This document shows, piece by piece, positions 13,116 to 28,160 of a stretch of DNA of 64,000 nucleotides; position 1 is the first letter of the stretch; each line of letters starts with the position of its first letter. The translations under genes were made by a program, and so were the position numbers. The DNA is taken from contig OX597816.1 in NCBI GenBank assembly GCA_951406725.2, positions 115,816,001-115,880,000 of the forward strand. Reading direction: 5' to 3'. The notes beneath the pieces were generated by a model. It did not search any database. It had not been told where the DNA came from and saw only the letters and a program-made list of their open reading frames with translations. This DNA is from Octopus vulgaris (Eukaryota).

Positions 13116-13514
13116 ATCCCTGTCTTCTGTACCGGAAATAATATTGTAAGACATTTTAACCGGCGTTCTAACAATTCTTCTGATTCGTCTCTGTGATACA
13201 CTATGCTTCAAAATTATATAGGATAGTGACGGGTTGAATGTAATGGATACTAATTTTGGTTGATCTGAGCTATTCGGGTTTAAATAACAATAAACGGCAA
13301 ATTTATTCTAAATTTTGGGTTGAGAAACTCGTTAGAAAACTGTAATGGACATTTTCACTTTCTTACACTATATACATACGTGCATGCATATAATTAAATT
13401 TATCTATATGTTTATATAAGTATGTTTAAACATGTATATATGTATATTAATGCGTTCTTATACACACATATATATATTATGTAAATATATGTGTTTATAT
13501 ATATATGAATATAC

Positions 13515-13555
<41 letters not shown>

Positions 13556-14899
13556 AATATATACATATGTATAAATAGCTGTGTTTGTACATATATGTTC
13601 ATACAAATATACATACATACGTGCATGCATACATACATATATACATACATACATACACTCACACATATATGCATACAGATCCTATTATATTTCAGGGTTG
13701 ATTGGCCATTCATCGGACTATAAGCGTCCCCAAGTCTTTATCACAATGAGAATTTGACAAGAACAGATCCAGTGTAGTGGTTACGTTATTTTTCTGTGTG
13801 CAAAGAGTATAAGAATTTGTATACTTGTTTACTAAGCAATCTTTCTACTAATCAATCTTTTCAAAGAGTGTGCCAACTGCATTTAATTCAACTTCGGGAT
13901 TCCAAAACATGCTGCGCGTGCATAATATATTTAAGTGTTTAATAAACACTTGAAACTTATAAACGATATATAAAATGTCTGTCCATGTTTACTCGGTTAT
14001 GACATGGGCACGATTTCAAAGACAGATTGCCCTGGAGTCCTCTACATGAAATAAAGTGCCAAGGCAATTTCCTTATTTTTCCAATTTCGAAAAGAATAAG
14101 CTTCGAAAAGAATAAGCTGATTTCCACATTTTACGAGTTACAGACTTTATGCTATATTCATTTGTACCTAATGTTTTCTGGGCATATACATACATTCATA
14201 CATACATACATGCATACATACATACATGCATACATACATAAATACATGCATGCATACATACATAAACACACACACACACACACACACATTACTGGTATAT
14301 GTATATAAATGCGAGGTTATTACCAATTTATATATACTTGGTGCACATTCGAAGTTACGGGTTCGAACGAGCCCCAAACATATTTGAACATGTAATAACG
14401 TTGCACACACACACACACACACACACATACACATACACACACCTGCATACATACATACATGCGTATACATACATATATACATACATACATAATGCCTATA
14501 TATACATGTGTATGTGTGTATGTATGTATGTGTGTATGTATGTATGTATGTATGTATGTATGTACGTATGCATATTTGAACGCACACATACATGTATAAT
14601 GGATTCATTATATTACAAATCGTCTTCATTATCCATCTGAAATTCCTGTCGGAACTAGTCAACTTAAATGTGTAATGTAGCTTATCCCTCAAATATATTT
14701 TACATACGGCAAACGTCATTCGGTAAAAAGTAAATACTGCTGTGTTACGTTCATAATTCATCTTTCTTTCGACAGTTGAAATTAATTCACTTCATTTATG
14801 CAGATAAATACTTTTGAGATAAGCACTCATGTGACAGAGTCTTATTTTACTTTCTCTAATAAATTTGTCGTATTGTACCTAAGTCAAAAAAATGAAAGC

Positions 14900-14937
<38 letters not shown>

Positions 14938-16262
14938 CATACCCCTTAAACTATTTCAAACATATTAAGATTTTCGAAAAAATTATTCTGTAACATTTCC
15001 CAAAGTTTCTGGAACTCTCGTAGGATTTCCTTTTCAGTTGGAATGTTTGCTGCTCTTAGTGAACGCTTGATAATAATAAAAAAAAAGGTATTAAATTCTT
15101 TTCCATTCAATTGAGCAGTTAACAAGCATGTCAAGCACAAATATTAGGCTGCTGTGTATAAATGCTGAATTTTGAAAACAAGCATTAAAAAAAGGCGGGG
15201 AAAAAATAAAAAGTAGGAGATAAAAATGCAGCATACCGTATGCTTGATACAGAATGATCACTGCTAATTTGCATCATATTCTCTAATACTGTTACACTTA
15301 ATTTATTTATACCCGAGTTTATAGAAGTAAAAATAATTCCGAAGAAATTTAATGACACAAAGAATTAAAATGTGAGGATTTTGCTCAAGTTCGTTTGGAA
15401 AAAATAAACATAGCATTGAAGGCAAATATATTTACTGATATAATTTATATCTCTGATGTGTATTAGTTCAGACCAAAATATTTGATCGTATTAGTTTGAT
15501 GTCTTGTAATATGTCAGCTGTTTCCTTAAATGTTTTCTTTGCACATTGATTTAAACACTAATGTCGAGGCTCCAGTAACATTACTACACGTCTCTTGAAA
15601 TTAGTTGGATTATATATTTGCATGGTAAAGATGAGTGGTAATCAGTATTAAGAAATATTAAATAAACAAATAAAAAAATTACCTGAAAAAGTTTTAATGC
15701 GAGCTTTCTTTCTATATTTGTATCAGGATATTTTGTAAAATTCAAAGAGAAATTATAAATGTTGAAGAAAGTTTTCTACTTGGTAAGAACGTAAAACTGA
15801 CATTGCTTTATGTTGCACGCATGGCAAATTGTTCAGCTTTCTACATTTTGATAGTTTCACTTCATGACTGGTCGCAGATTTTGAATATATTGAGTCGAAT
15901 CACTTTGGTATATTGGTGCCATAGCTGCTGGAACACTTACAAGCAAGTATCACACGCGTCCACTGCTCTAGTTTTATAGTTATTAAGATAGTTAATCTAG
16001 TTAAAACTGTCTTCATTTATATTTAACAAGCTGGTGCACACTCAAACGTAGAAAGGCATTTGCCGTGGTAACCTTGGCCGATGAAGCGCAACGGCTCAGA
16101 AACACGTGACTCATAGTCCAATGACGTCATTCATAGCCCAGCTTGATGTGTTTTTACACACATTATTTGTAAGGAGAATTTCGATTCCGAGACAGTCACA
16201 TGTTGGTGTGTACACATACAAATTAAATATGAATGCAAAATATAAATGCAAGCAAGGTTGAT

Positions 16263-16306
16263 TTGTTAAAAATAACTAATCAACATTGATTAGTTATTTT
16301 TAACAA
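16263..16306. repeat. Perfect inverted repeat, 21 bp arms, 2 nt spacer
   Basis: ttgttaaaaataactaatcaa-ca-ttgattagttatttttaacaa. Confidence 0.95.
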
Positions 16307-18718
16307 TATTTTAAGCTTAAAGAAATATTTTGAAAGAACAACATTAATTGAAAGTTGGAGTGTATAGAAGCGGACAAGGAAAAATTTGGGCAAGCGACAT
16401 AATAGGAAGAGATAGACGAAACGCATCAATAGTCCAGTTATGGCTATTTTATACTTACTGTAGGAAATACTGTTTAGGAATTACATGTTCTCCCTAGACT
16501 AAATTTAACAGACTATTTTATTTCCTTAAGGGTTCTTCAGATTACTTCAAGAGCAGGACTGTCAACGGCCTTGAAGTCACCTTGGTGGTTGAAACAAATT
16601 CTTGTTTGGACACTTGCTGTAATATATGAAACTCACTTTTAATTACTAGTTCTGAGAGATTATACAGATATCTCAGTATACACAAGAAGTCAGTACTTTC
16701 ATGCTTAGAAAACAGATATAATTGTTTTTTAAATGTTCTTGTGGGGGTTTTCAGTATCAAAAATATCACTATCCCAGTTCTTTCAACAACGTGTATACCT
16801 TATGCACCTATCTCAATACACTCCCGTAAATATGATACACGCACGTGTAAATATGAGTGCATCACAGTACACAACAGTATCAAAGACATCTACAGCATGA
16901 CTGTAATTATTATAAGTTATCGAGTCTACCTTGGTCAACCCTACTGTGGTCATCATCAGAACCTGTAGAAATAGGCATGTCTCAACAGTTGTATTTCACA
17001 TCATGCAATAAAACACTGCATGCCAGTGTTTCAAATATGATTATAAACAGACAAATCCATAGAATATCTGGAGAACTACTTCTATGAATTGCATTTAGTC
17101 ATTCAATCAATTATTCGTTTATCTTTACTGTAAAAAGATAACAATTTGAATGACCGAGGCTACTGACTAAAATATGACGACGCAGAATAACAGGAAATTT
17201 ATACAGTTTTGAAGAAAATCAGGATTATATAATAACAAATTTATTTAACATCAAGAAGAAACTTAGGAGGAAATCTTAATACTTGATAGCAAAGCTTGCA
17301 AAAATTGCTTCTAAGCGAAAAATATCCTCGTCAGTGACATCTATTTCTTTCATTCACACTCATATGCAACACAACTATCTAAGATGCTCAGATGTGTAGG
17401 AAAACAAAAAGTATATTTTGTACTGCAAACTAAGAGGAAGAAATAACTCTAAAAAGATATAGCAGTAAGAATTTTTCTCTGACAATATCTCAAATTTTGA
17501 TGCACCATTAGAAATTCCATAGTTTAAAATACTTAACTGGGATACAAAGGAAGTCTATTCTGTTGTTTTTAAAACCCAAAAGAGTCTGAAATCACTTTAA
17601 GTGCGTAGTAAATATATTGTCAGTCTCGGATAAATCAAAACTCGCAACAAATTTTTGATAAAAAGAAGAGATGGCCGCCCAGAAGTTGTAAATATTTAGA
17701 TGACGATTACTGATACATGTTCAACTGCTTTGAAACATTCAGGTTCTGTGTTTTCTATAATACTAGTAAGGTTTTGGGGTACTGCAAAGTGTATAAGTTT
17801 CAAACAGAAATCTCAGAAAATTCATGTTATAAGTAGAAACATGAAAAAATGAAGATTTTACTGTTGCTGAAGAGCAAATTTTTTTCTTCGTCATAAACCA
17901 ACTTCATCTTAATAAGAATTATTAAAAGAATTAAAAACGAAAAATTCATTAAAAAAAGAGGGAAATAGACCAACCCCTCAATCAATTGTACTTAACTACT
18001 TCTTAAATTTGCATGTAACAGGTTGAGTATTCTACAGATATACTTTTAACATTCTGAGACAGAATCAATGTGACAGAGTGTGCAAGCAGTTGTACAAATA
18101 CGACTCCAAATGTCCACACGAGATAAGGCATTTTTGTTAAAGCTACTTACAAAGCTATACGCAAAGGGGATTGTCCTGATTGCTATCCCTAAGATTCACT
18201 AGAACAAGAAAGTATCTAAGATTTTAAAATACAAAACGTACTAGTGGAACATTCCAATAAATTCGGTGTAAGAACAGCAGAGCAGACAAGGAGGAAAAGT
18301 TCTCAACTGTTGTTGACATCAGCTACCTGGCAAATGTTAATGCCCCCCGCCCCCACGAAAAAATTGGTGGTGGTATTGGGGTGTGGGATAAATAGGATGC
18401 CTTTGAAGAACTAATGTGATATCTCCTGCGATAGATTTTCACTTACGCATATAATCATAAATGCGTTGCTTTTCTTAACAAATCTGCCTAAAACCTTATA
18501 AGCTAGTTTTACCTACCATCAAAAAAGAGATAAGTAAATAAATAATACAGAGCAACCTGATTTACATTCTCCACGTACAATCGATTAGAGGCAAAGGGAA
18601 AATTGCTGAAATATTACAGGGATTCTACATTTATGGTTCATAGGCGAATACTTCAGCATATTCGCTTACATTTGGGACACACACACACTGACAACATGAG
18701 CGCAAGTTTATCTGCACG

Positions 18719-18759
<41 letters not shown>

Positions 18760-20835
18760 ACACACAAACACATACATTAATACATTCAAATACACACTTA
18801 CATAGGAAAACACACAAATACACACAAACACATAAATTCATACACACTTTATGCAGACACGCACAAACAGACACACATGCACACACAAACACACATATTC
18901 ACTTTTCAACCTATTGAGATAACAACACTCAAGAAAGCCCTTTGCCGTTTTGTTAGTTGAATTCTGCAATGATAAAAAAAAACTTGTCTCAAAGAAATAC
19001 ATGTATACAACATACAAAAATGTCCTGTTGATGTCGTTGACATTCCAATGAAAGAGACTTGGTTAGAAACCGGCCCCTTCTCTACTGGCAAGAAGTTTTG
19101 AAATAAAACTGAATAATGACACGCACACACATACAAACTAACATAGTAGCATACAAACCTACATACACACGAAAATACTTGCACGCATACATACATGTGT
19201 CATGTATGTATGAATATTTTTAGATTCTTAATGGCGAATTGAAACCGATTTATAGCGATATTTTATAGGCATGGTCTTGTTACAAAATTAGCTATGGATG
19301 AATAAGATAAATTTCTCCAGAATGATAATTCTATTTCCCAGATTAACGTCATCTTAATTTAACCAGAGCTGTGTGATGCTTGTTTGCCTGTTTTTCTAAG
19401 AAATACGTGAAACGCTAAAACTGTCTGTCTGCCACGAGTTATGCCAACTTGCAGTAAAACATCTGCCTTGTAAACGGCGTGTATAAATGTCTAAAATAAT
19501 AAAAGTATAGAAATTTGAACTTTAAAAAATAAATGTTTACATGTATCAGTGTACGTGTATGTATATACGTACACATATGTGCATACTTACACGCACGGAC
19601 GCACGCGCACACACTCACTCTCACACATACACACACGTATGGATGTATACATATGAGTAAGTGTTCCTTTTATGTTTTTAACCATAACAGTGCTCTATAT
19701 AACATTATGCTATAAATATGTAGATTCCGGTGTAAGTTTGTCATACAGAAACACAGACATACAAACGCACACACGTATATTGATGAGCTAATACTTTTAA
19801 ACTTGTATGTTCAAAATATTAGAATTTTGAACTTGTATGTATAAAATATTAAAATGAATTAAAAATAAGCAGGAATATGTATATATGCAAACATGAGGCC
19901 GTGGTATAACGACTTATAATTAATGAGAGGATTGTAATGTGTCAGTTGGGAACCCAAGGTTCATACTCTCTGATTAATGTTTGAAAGCGCCTCTAGCTGT
20001 TCGTTAGATGTGTCATATACAGCAAACAAATCGCACTATATCATCTTTATGAAGAGAAATAGGAAGAGTACATTGGATAATGTAATCTTAGTTACATTAC
20101 TTTTTGAAAATAAAGGGGAACTCTGCCTTCTGGAGTGTCTTACCATCAAGTGTTCCTTTCATTAGAGATGGCGCGAATCAAATGACAACAACAATCACCT
20201 TCAAATAACTAGCCACCAATTCTTGATTCTTTTACAATCTTACTTATTTACTTAGAAGAAATAAGTGCATCAGTTCACTATACATAAATTATATTCGTTG
20301 ATAAAATAATTATGTTTTTATCTATGTAAATCACTTGTAACTTCATTATATAGTTCATAATAGAATTCTTTTCCAAACGTAGAATTATTTTGATCTCAGC
20401 AAAATGTATTCTACTACGTAAGAACCAGTCATAACGTTGATAATTTCTGATGTATAGTAAACTTAAATAACTTTGGTAAGTTTTCATTATGGTGTGAGTT
20501 TTAAATGAAGCGCAATTAAGTGTAGACTAACACGCTAAATGTAATTTGCCAAAGAGAGAGCTTCTACATGGTCGCTGGAGATGCAAAAAATAGCAGTCAC
20601 ATCGTCTTCAAAGTACAATCTGCAATCTCATATAATTCATTTGGGATTGTGTAGATCTGGGTACCCCTTGAATGGCAAAAGTACGGTACGGTCATAGCAG
20701 GAATGGTTTTTAGTATATATAAGATCAATTAAGACTCACGTGGAGTAAGTAAAAAAAAAGCGGAAACAACTATAACATTGTTCTTATATAGTAAGTAATG
20801 CAAATCCCATCTTGCAATCTTAAAGGAAGGAAATA

Positions 20836-21269
20836 TTCTTTTCTACTCTAGGCAGAAGGCCTGAAATTTTGGGGGTAGATGGGGTCAGCCAATTAGATCG
20901 ACCCCAGTACGTAACTGGTACTTAATTTATCGACCCCGAAAGGATGAAAGGCAAAGTCGACTTCGGCGGAATTTGAACTCAGAACGTAACGGCAGACGAA
21001 ATACTGCTAAGCATTTCGCTCGGCGTGCTAACGCTTCTTATTTCTTTATTGCCCACAAGGGACCAAACATATAGGGGAGAAACAAGGACAGACAAAGGGA
21101 TTAAGTCGATTATACCGACACTAGTGCGTAACTGGTACTTAATTTATCGACCCCGAAAGGATGAAAGGTAAAGTCGACCTCGGCGGAATTTGAGCTCAGA
21201 ACGTAACGGTAGACGAACTACCGCTAAGCATTTCGCCCGTCGTGCTAACGTTTCTGCCAGCTCGCTGCC
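20836..21269 (-). mobile_element. SINE family A dimer with a flanking target-site duplication
   Basis: Two cores joined at about 21036/21037. Flanks are ttaaaggaaggaaatatt (20820-20837) and ttaaaggaagaaagtatt (21270-21287). Confidence 0.92.
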
Positions 21270-23473
21270 TTAAAGGAAGAAAGTATTGGATAATGTAGTC
21301 CATTTCCTGGGGAAAATGGAAAAGTGGATGTAATGCCGTTGATCATAGATCTCGTAAACAACAAAAACTAGAAGATTTTTACTATTTTAAAACAATACAT
21401 AAAAATGTAAACACGCTCTATTTTGCATAAGACAAAGCATTTGTCCCACCGCTTGTCTCACGTCAAGCTAACCCAGAAGTCTTTCACTATTTCTATATTT
21501 CTTTCTGTCTCCCTTTCACTCACAGACGTACCCATGCGTACCCATCTCATCCCTTCTCAACCTTCTCTCGCTGTTTCATATTGCTTGTTTCCTCCAACTC
21601 TTCCCCGTTTTATTCCCCTCTTCCTCCTCTCTTTTTCTGTGTTTCCCTAACTTTTTTTCTTCATTCTGTCATCTATTATGCTACCTTGTGTACACCTCTA
21701 CGTAATCTATATTAAAATATATTCTTCCCTGTATCATCTAAACTCAGACAAGATTTGTTGCATCCAAAGTTCTTTTTTTTAAAAAAAAAACTAAAAGCAC
21801 CTCCGATTGTCAATGAAATAGAGAAATTACAAAATTTTGTATTAAAAATTATTTGGCCGAAAGTCCTTACCCTACTCCTCCATCAATATATTATTTTTAT
21901 AATACTTGCCTCCTTATTTATAAATATATTTTTTTTCTTATAAGACCAGCAGCCATAGGATTTCCTTGTCTACTTTCTATCATAAGGAGCACAACCTTAT
22001 TATACGTCACCATCTGTAGATCATTCAGTATAATTTAAATAGCAATTTGCCTTATAGACGTAATTTTTATTGTCGGTATTGCTGTCATAAACGGTGATAG
22101 TGGGGTGTAAGAGGAAATTGATGGTGCTGGTGTTGGAGCTGAAAGAGACACACAGGCATATTGAGATTCATGGGAGTATTAATGGCTAACAATCTTCAGT
22201 TATTGAAATAAATTTATTTTTGCGTTGTTTGTGTGTGTATGCGCGTATGCATATGTATGCGCGTATGCATATGTATGCTTGTGTGTGTGTGTGTGCATAT
22301 CTATAGAGGAATATATGCGTGTGTACATATATTTGCCTGAGTATTATTCAGGAAAGTGAATAAAAGTATGTTATAAAGTACAATAAATATGTGTGCAAAA
22401 GTCAGTGTATATATACAATACAATAAATAGATTTGTATGTTATCTAATGCATTAATTATGAGCATAAATATGTAGCTATAATACCAATATAGTAAAGATA
22501 CGTTTTATAAATATGTTTGAATATTATACGTTATAGTATCTATGCGTGTAAATATGTTTAAGTATGTTATATAATGCAATAAATATGCATATAAATATGT
22601 GAATACCTTTTTCCGGTATATATATGTATAAATGTGTGTGTGTATCACACAGTATAGTAAATATGAATGCCGATAAAAGTGTACGTCATATAATATAATA
22701 AATATGGCGCTTCAGTGTTGACTGGTGTAGTAAAGTATGGAGTAGGGAGCATTTTCCCTTCAGTCTTTTACATGTTGAAATGAAATTTAAATTACATACT
22801 TTGTCTTGTCAAATATAAATTGTTGGATGATGAAACTGAAGATTAAGTTAAAGAAATGCTAAGAAGAAGAACGTGAGAACATTCAGTGATAAAGTACTCC
22901 CAGCAGTGACGTAGATTGTTAGCTCAATTTAGTTATTAAATATTGGCTTCTGATACCAAAATATTACTTCTAGAATATAATCAGTAATGATCTCGTCTGC
23001 CTAATCATACTCCTTTTTTTTTTATTCATGATTCTATCCGCTTTTGTCTTATTGCTGAAATTCTTCAGGTGTTTGGGATTTTTTGATACTATTTTTATTT
23101 TTATTTTTATTCATGTTCATCTTATGTTTGTCTTTGACTTTTCTGCTTCTTTTCTTCCCTTATTTACTCCTCCTCATCTTCGTTTCTACCTCTTCCCTCT
23201 TTCGCTGCATATCTTCTAGTGATACTGCAAAGTGACATCGTGACTGTTAATTTAGTACGTAGAGATACATTAAGTACTGTCATTCGAATAGCTGAGTCAG
23301 AATAAAAAAAAAGAGTTGGGGTCAAATTTAAGTGTGTTTTCAGGAACTATGATCAGTTTTGCCCAGTTTACTATTGATTGAACTTGTTGCTACGAATGTG
23401 GTCGAAATTGGTTTCAAATTTTGGCACAAGGCCAGCAATTTAGAGGTAGGAAAGTCGATGACATCGATTCCAG

Positions 23474-23737
23474 TTGTTGTTGTTTGTTCCTTCTCGAGCC
23501 ATGCCTGGCTCATAAGGGCCGGTTTCCCGGTTTCCTTGGCGTATAGGTTACCCACCTGGACGGGACGCCGGTCCGTCGCAGGTGAGCTGCAAGATGGAGG
23601 ATGAAAAAGTGAGAGAAATTTTTGGTGAAAGAGTCAGCAGAAGTTCACCATTACCTTCTGCCGGAGCCGCATGGAACTTAGGTGTTTCGCTCATAAACAC
23701 ACACATCACCCGGTCTGAGATTCGAACCCGCGATCCC
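23474..23737 (-). mobile_element. Second tRNA-derived SINE family (V-domain-like), 5'-truncated, between family A pieces
   Basis: Minus strand gggttcgaatctc B-box, ctgcgacggaccggcgtcccgtccagg resembling the V-SINE domain, and an (AAC)n tail. Confidence 0.75.
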
Positions 23738-23739
23738 TT

Positions 23740-24136
23740 TTTTGGGGGAGGAGGGGGCTAGTCGATTATATTGACCCCCAGGACACAACTGGTACTTAAT
23801 TGATCGACCCCGGAAGGATGAAAAGCAAAGTCGACCTCGGCGGAATTTGAACTCAGAGCAGACGAAATACCGCTAAGCATTTCGCTCGGCGTGGAAATGT
23901 TTCTTATTTCTTTGTTGCCCACAAGCGGCTAAAGATAGAGGGGACAAACAAGGTCAGACAAAGGGATTAAGTCGATTAGATCGACCCCAGTGCGTAACTG
24001 GTACTTAATTTATCGACCCCCGAAGGGATGAAAGGCAAAGTCGACCTCGGCGGAATTTGAACTCAGAACGTAAAGACAGACGAAATACCACTAAGCGTTT
24101 TGCCCGGCGTGCTAATTTTTCTGCCAGCTCGCCGCC
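23740..24136 (-). mobile_element. SINE family A dimer
   Basis: Full-head unit 23903-24136 joined to a second unit at 23902/23903. Confidence 0.92.
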
Positions 24137-26153
24137 TTATAAACACACATATATTGAAAGAGAATTTGATAAGAGTGTAAACGAAATAAGGCGCATTTCG
24201 AAGAGTTTATATTTATTTTTACTTAGAACCTGATTCAAATCTGCATTACCTAAAGTTTCACAGAATCCAGAAAACCTCTCCTGATCGCTGCCATATCTGA
24301 ATCTGTAAAACATCTTTACACGCGCGTGCGCGCGCACACATACACATACATACACACATGCAAATACCACATACACATACACGTGCATGTACAGCACATT
24401 CATAACTCTCGTGCACATACTGACATATCTGAACGAACACATTGTTCAAGGATATAATCTGAAGCAGATTTGGCTGCTATTTCTAGCAGAGGTAGGAATA
24501 ACGTAAAGGTTTCACCATTGACTTGTCTTTAAGAAAATACACGTTATCAGCAGTTAAGGAAATTTGGCGAGTAAAAATTAAATGTTCTTAAAACCATACT
24601 AAATCGCGGTAAGAAGAAAGGAACGAGTAACAATACGAAAACTGCATATTTTCAATGAAGATTTGACCATCAGTGACACATTATCTAAGATCAATCCATA
24701 GGGAGGGAACAGAGGAAACGACTATCAAATTCTATCTCCTTTCTTTTCATGAACTTTTACTTTAAGAACATACCCCCACTAGCAACAAAAAAACAAAATA
24801 AAAACAGAAAGAAACAAGAATTTTTTTATAAAACGATGTTTTTTAAACATAAAAAGCATTCATATGTATGAATGTGACACACGCGCTCATATAAATGTAT
24901 GTATACATATATGAATGTATATTTTCATATGTAAGCGTGTGTGTATGAGTGAATGTGTGCTTGTCCTTATATGCATATACATATTGGCACACACACGCAC
25001 GCATGCACACACATATACATATATGTACAAACATTTACACATACATTGTGTGCATGTACAAATTCATATATACATTTATACATATAATATATGAGTACAC
25101 ACATGCATACATATATATATATATACATATAGACATTTGCACGCGCACATAGACGTACAGACATATGCATACGAGTATAAGACTTCTCTCGTTTGAAGTG
25201 TCATTGGAGAAATTGAAATTTACTGCTTCAGTTAGTGATGCAGAAAGTAGAAAAATAATCTTACAGTCGAAGAGAATTAACCAGAAATAAATTAGGTGAC
25301 AAAACTATTCAGATATGAGGTATCTAAAAGATAAAAAAAAAATACCAAAAGTGAAATGCAAAAAATAAATAGATGAAGACGAAAGGACAAAGTTCAACTG
25401 AAAAATTGAGAATGAAATTTCATAAAGAGTACGGAAGACCTATTCATAATATATAATTTCGTTGTGCTAAATGAAGCAAAGCTCATCTTAATTGGAAACG
25501 GTATGCGTGGCACTGTAGAACTAGCGTTCTGTAATAGAATGGAAACATTACAAATATTTGCAAGATGGAATTCTTCGAGAGAGAAGATTTTTCAAACTCT
25601 CCATTGTTTGTCTACTCAATTCACAACGGTATTGAAAGAATGAATTCAACAATAATGGATTTCAATTTAGAACAAGTTAGACAATATTCAAAGCGGATCA
25701 TTGTTTGGCAGCTCAAGAACAGGAAATAAGTTTAGATTTTATTCATTTCAAAGTATCGCTGGAATAAAAGAGAGACAAAATCACCAGATTTTTAGTTACC
25801 GTTTCAACAACGAGTAAACAGCATGACTAAACTTCCCAGAAAAGGAGATGAGGACAAGAGAATATGTCAGTGTCTTTGAAAAATGGAAGAACTGTAATGA
25901 ATTTTAAATGAAGTTCCTGTGCGACCATTTCTAAAGTATCAAAAACGTTTTAAAATTTATTTAAAAGAAGCGAATTAAATGCGATTTTTAAAATTTTTAA
26001 TTATATGTAAATGTGTTTGTGCGTGTGTTTGTGTGTATGCAATTGTTTGTGAGAGCGTGTGAATGTCAATGTGCATGTATGTTAGTGGGTGTACATGAGA
26101 ATTTCTGTATGCTTGTAAGAATGTATGTATCTGCCTCTCTCTATATCTCTCTG

Positions 26154-26220
<67 letters not shown>

Positions 26221-26596
26221 GAATGCTCAAACACACACACATACATACATACGTGTGTGTGTGTCTGTGTTTGTGCGTGTGCTTATGCGAGCATGCGCGT
26301 GTGTCTGTGTTTTTGCCTTTAATAACAATTTGACTCGGCTCCACGAAGTTTAAAGTTTCATAGGCTCGTCACACGAACCTAGCTCCTGAAGCTAATATAT
26401 ATATATATATACAGAGAGAGAGAGGGGGGGTAGATGGAGAGTTAGATAAGTAGAAAGATATATATATATAGTTAGCTAGCGATATATATATAAATATATC
26501 TAACCTAGGATAAAATGTTTCGAAAAACATTTTATCAATGGCCAGCATATTAAAAAATAACTTTAAAGGTTTTAAAATACCAATTTATAAATTGTT

Positions 26597-26627
<31 letters not shown>

Positions 26628-27046
26628 CTAGCGAGATAGATAGATAGATATCGGCATATACACAGATATATAGAAATTATATTATGTATACCTACATAAG
26701 AAATCATTTTCCCATAGTAAAATGAGAGAAGTTTTCCAAAATATATCATATAATTCATCTTGATCATGTGTTATATCATCAGTAAAGTCGCAAAATCTGG
26801 TAACTGTCCTATTATCAATCTAGTATATAAAATGTGTATAGGTATAGCACACACTCTCACACACTAAATAAGGCATGTAATCATTCGTATAATAATTGGG
26901 TGCATGTCCGTTTGTTTAACAATTTAAGTAGTTCAGCAGTGAATCACAAAGCAGTAAATATATTTTAATATGTAGATATTTAATAGCAAATAGCAATTTT
27001 TTCTTTTATACTCTTAGTAGGAGGTTTTATATTATTCATATGTAAA

Positions 27047-27250
27047 GGCGACGAACTGGCAGAAACGTTAGCACGTCAGGCGAAATGCTTAGTGGTGTTT
27101 ACGCTCTGAGTTCAAATTCCGCCGCAGTCGACTTTGCGTTTCATCCTTTCGGGATCGATACATTAAGTACCAGTTGCGTACTGGGGCCGATTTAATTGAC
27201 TGGCTCCCTCCCCTAAAATTTCAGGCTTTGTGCCTAGAGTAGAAAAGAAT
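27047..27250 (+). mobile_element. SINE family A monomer, tail type B
   Basis: Head, core and tail ...aaatttcaggctttgtgcctagagtagaaaagaa. Possible TSD tattcatatgtaaa / tattgatatgtaga. Confidence 0.9.
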
Positions 27251-27340
27251 AATATTGATATGTAGACAAATGGTTAAATATGAACTCTATGCATGAGTAT
27301 AAGTGTATGTAGTCTCTTATATTTATACAGATATGCGTGT

Positions 27341-27468
27341 ATACATACATACATACATACATACATACATACATACATACATACATACATACATACATAC
27401 ATACATACATACATACATACATACATACATACATACATACATACATACATACATACATACATACATAC
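27341..27468. repeat. (CATA)n tetranucleotide microsatellite
   Basis: Seen directly. Confidence 0.97.
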
Positions 27469-28029
27469 ACGTGATGGGGATGGTTGCATAAGAATGAAAA
27501 CAAACGTGAAGAACAATGAAAATTATTTAAAATATAAAACAAAAATACATTGATCAAACCCAGGACATCACAAACAGAACTCTCCCCGGATGCAGATGAA
27601 ATGTTACAAAATGCAGAATATGGAAAGTGAAAGCAGTACTCTAAACGTAATGATCACCAATTTAATGCGTCTAATTCTAATTCTAACTTTTATCCAAATT
27701 CCAGAAATATTTTCCTTTCGATATATTTTGAGCATATAAATTTTATATAGATATATCCAAATTTCTCCGTGGTTCACTTCGTTTTTTCACATAATTGTCT
27801 GCTTCAGCACTTTTCTCTCTTTCCTTCTCAGCCACATCTTAAGAGTATTCTTAGGGTGCCACACCAGGCGAAAAACAAGTATACATAATGCCAGAATTTG
27901 TGGTGGTTACATAGTAGTTTTTTCCTTTTTAACCAACATTGGTTGGTTAAGTATAAATATCTTTCTTAAAAAGTTCTTTTAACTTAAAAATACATATATC
28001 TAACAAGGACAACACTAAAAGTGGGAATT

Positions 28030-28160
28030 TACTCATTTATTCTTTTACTTGTTTCTGTCATTTAACTGTAGCCATGCTGGAGCACCACCTTAAAGGGTTT
28101 TAGTCGAAGAAATCGACCCCAGGACTTATTCTTTGTAAGCCTAGTAGTTATTCTATCGGT
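28030..28160. mobile_element. Fragment of an interspersed repeat (probably a SINE 3' part)
   Basis: cttgtttctgtcatttaactgtagccatgctggagcaccacc...atcgaccccaggacttatt shares the atcgacccca motif with family A. Family recalled from memory of octopus repeats. Confidence 0.55.

Noticed and set aside
16078-16112. Hammerhead-like CCGATGA-AGC...GCT-ca-GAAAC-acgtgac
   Set aside because: It has a core substitution, extra bases before GAAA, no GUH triplet and no stem I. At most a very old remnant.
16530-17950. Repeat-poor stretch that looks coding, including a WPPRSC motif near 17672
   Set aside because: Stops occur in all frames examined, and no further transposase or gene motifs were found.
25480-25930. 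Possible ancient Dong RT remnant (GIFQGD-like segment)
   Set aside because: Similarity is too weak to support without an alignment.
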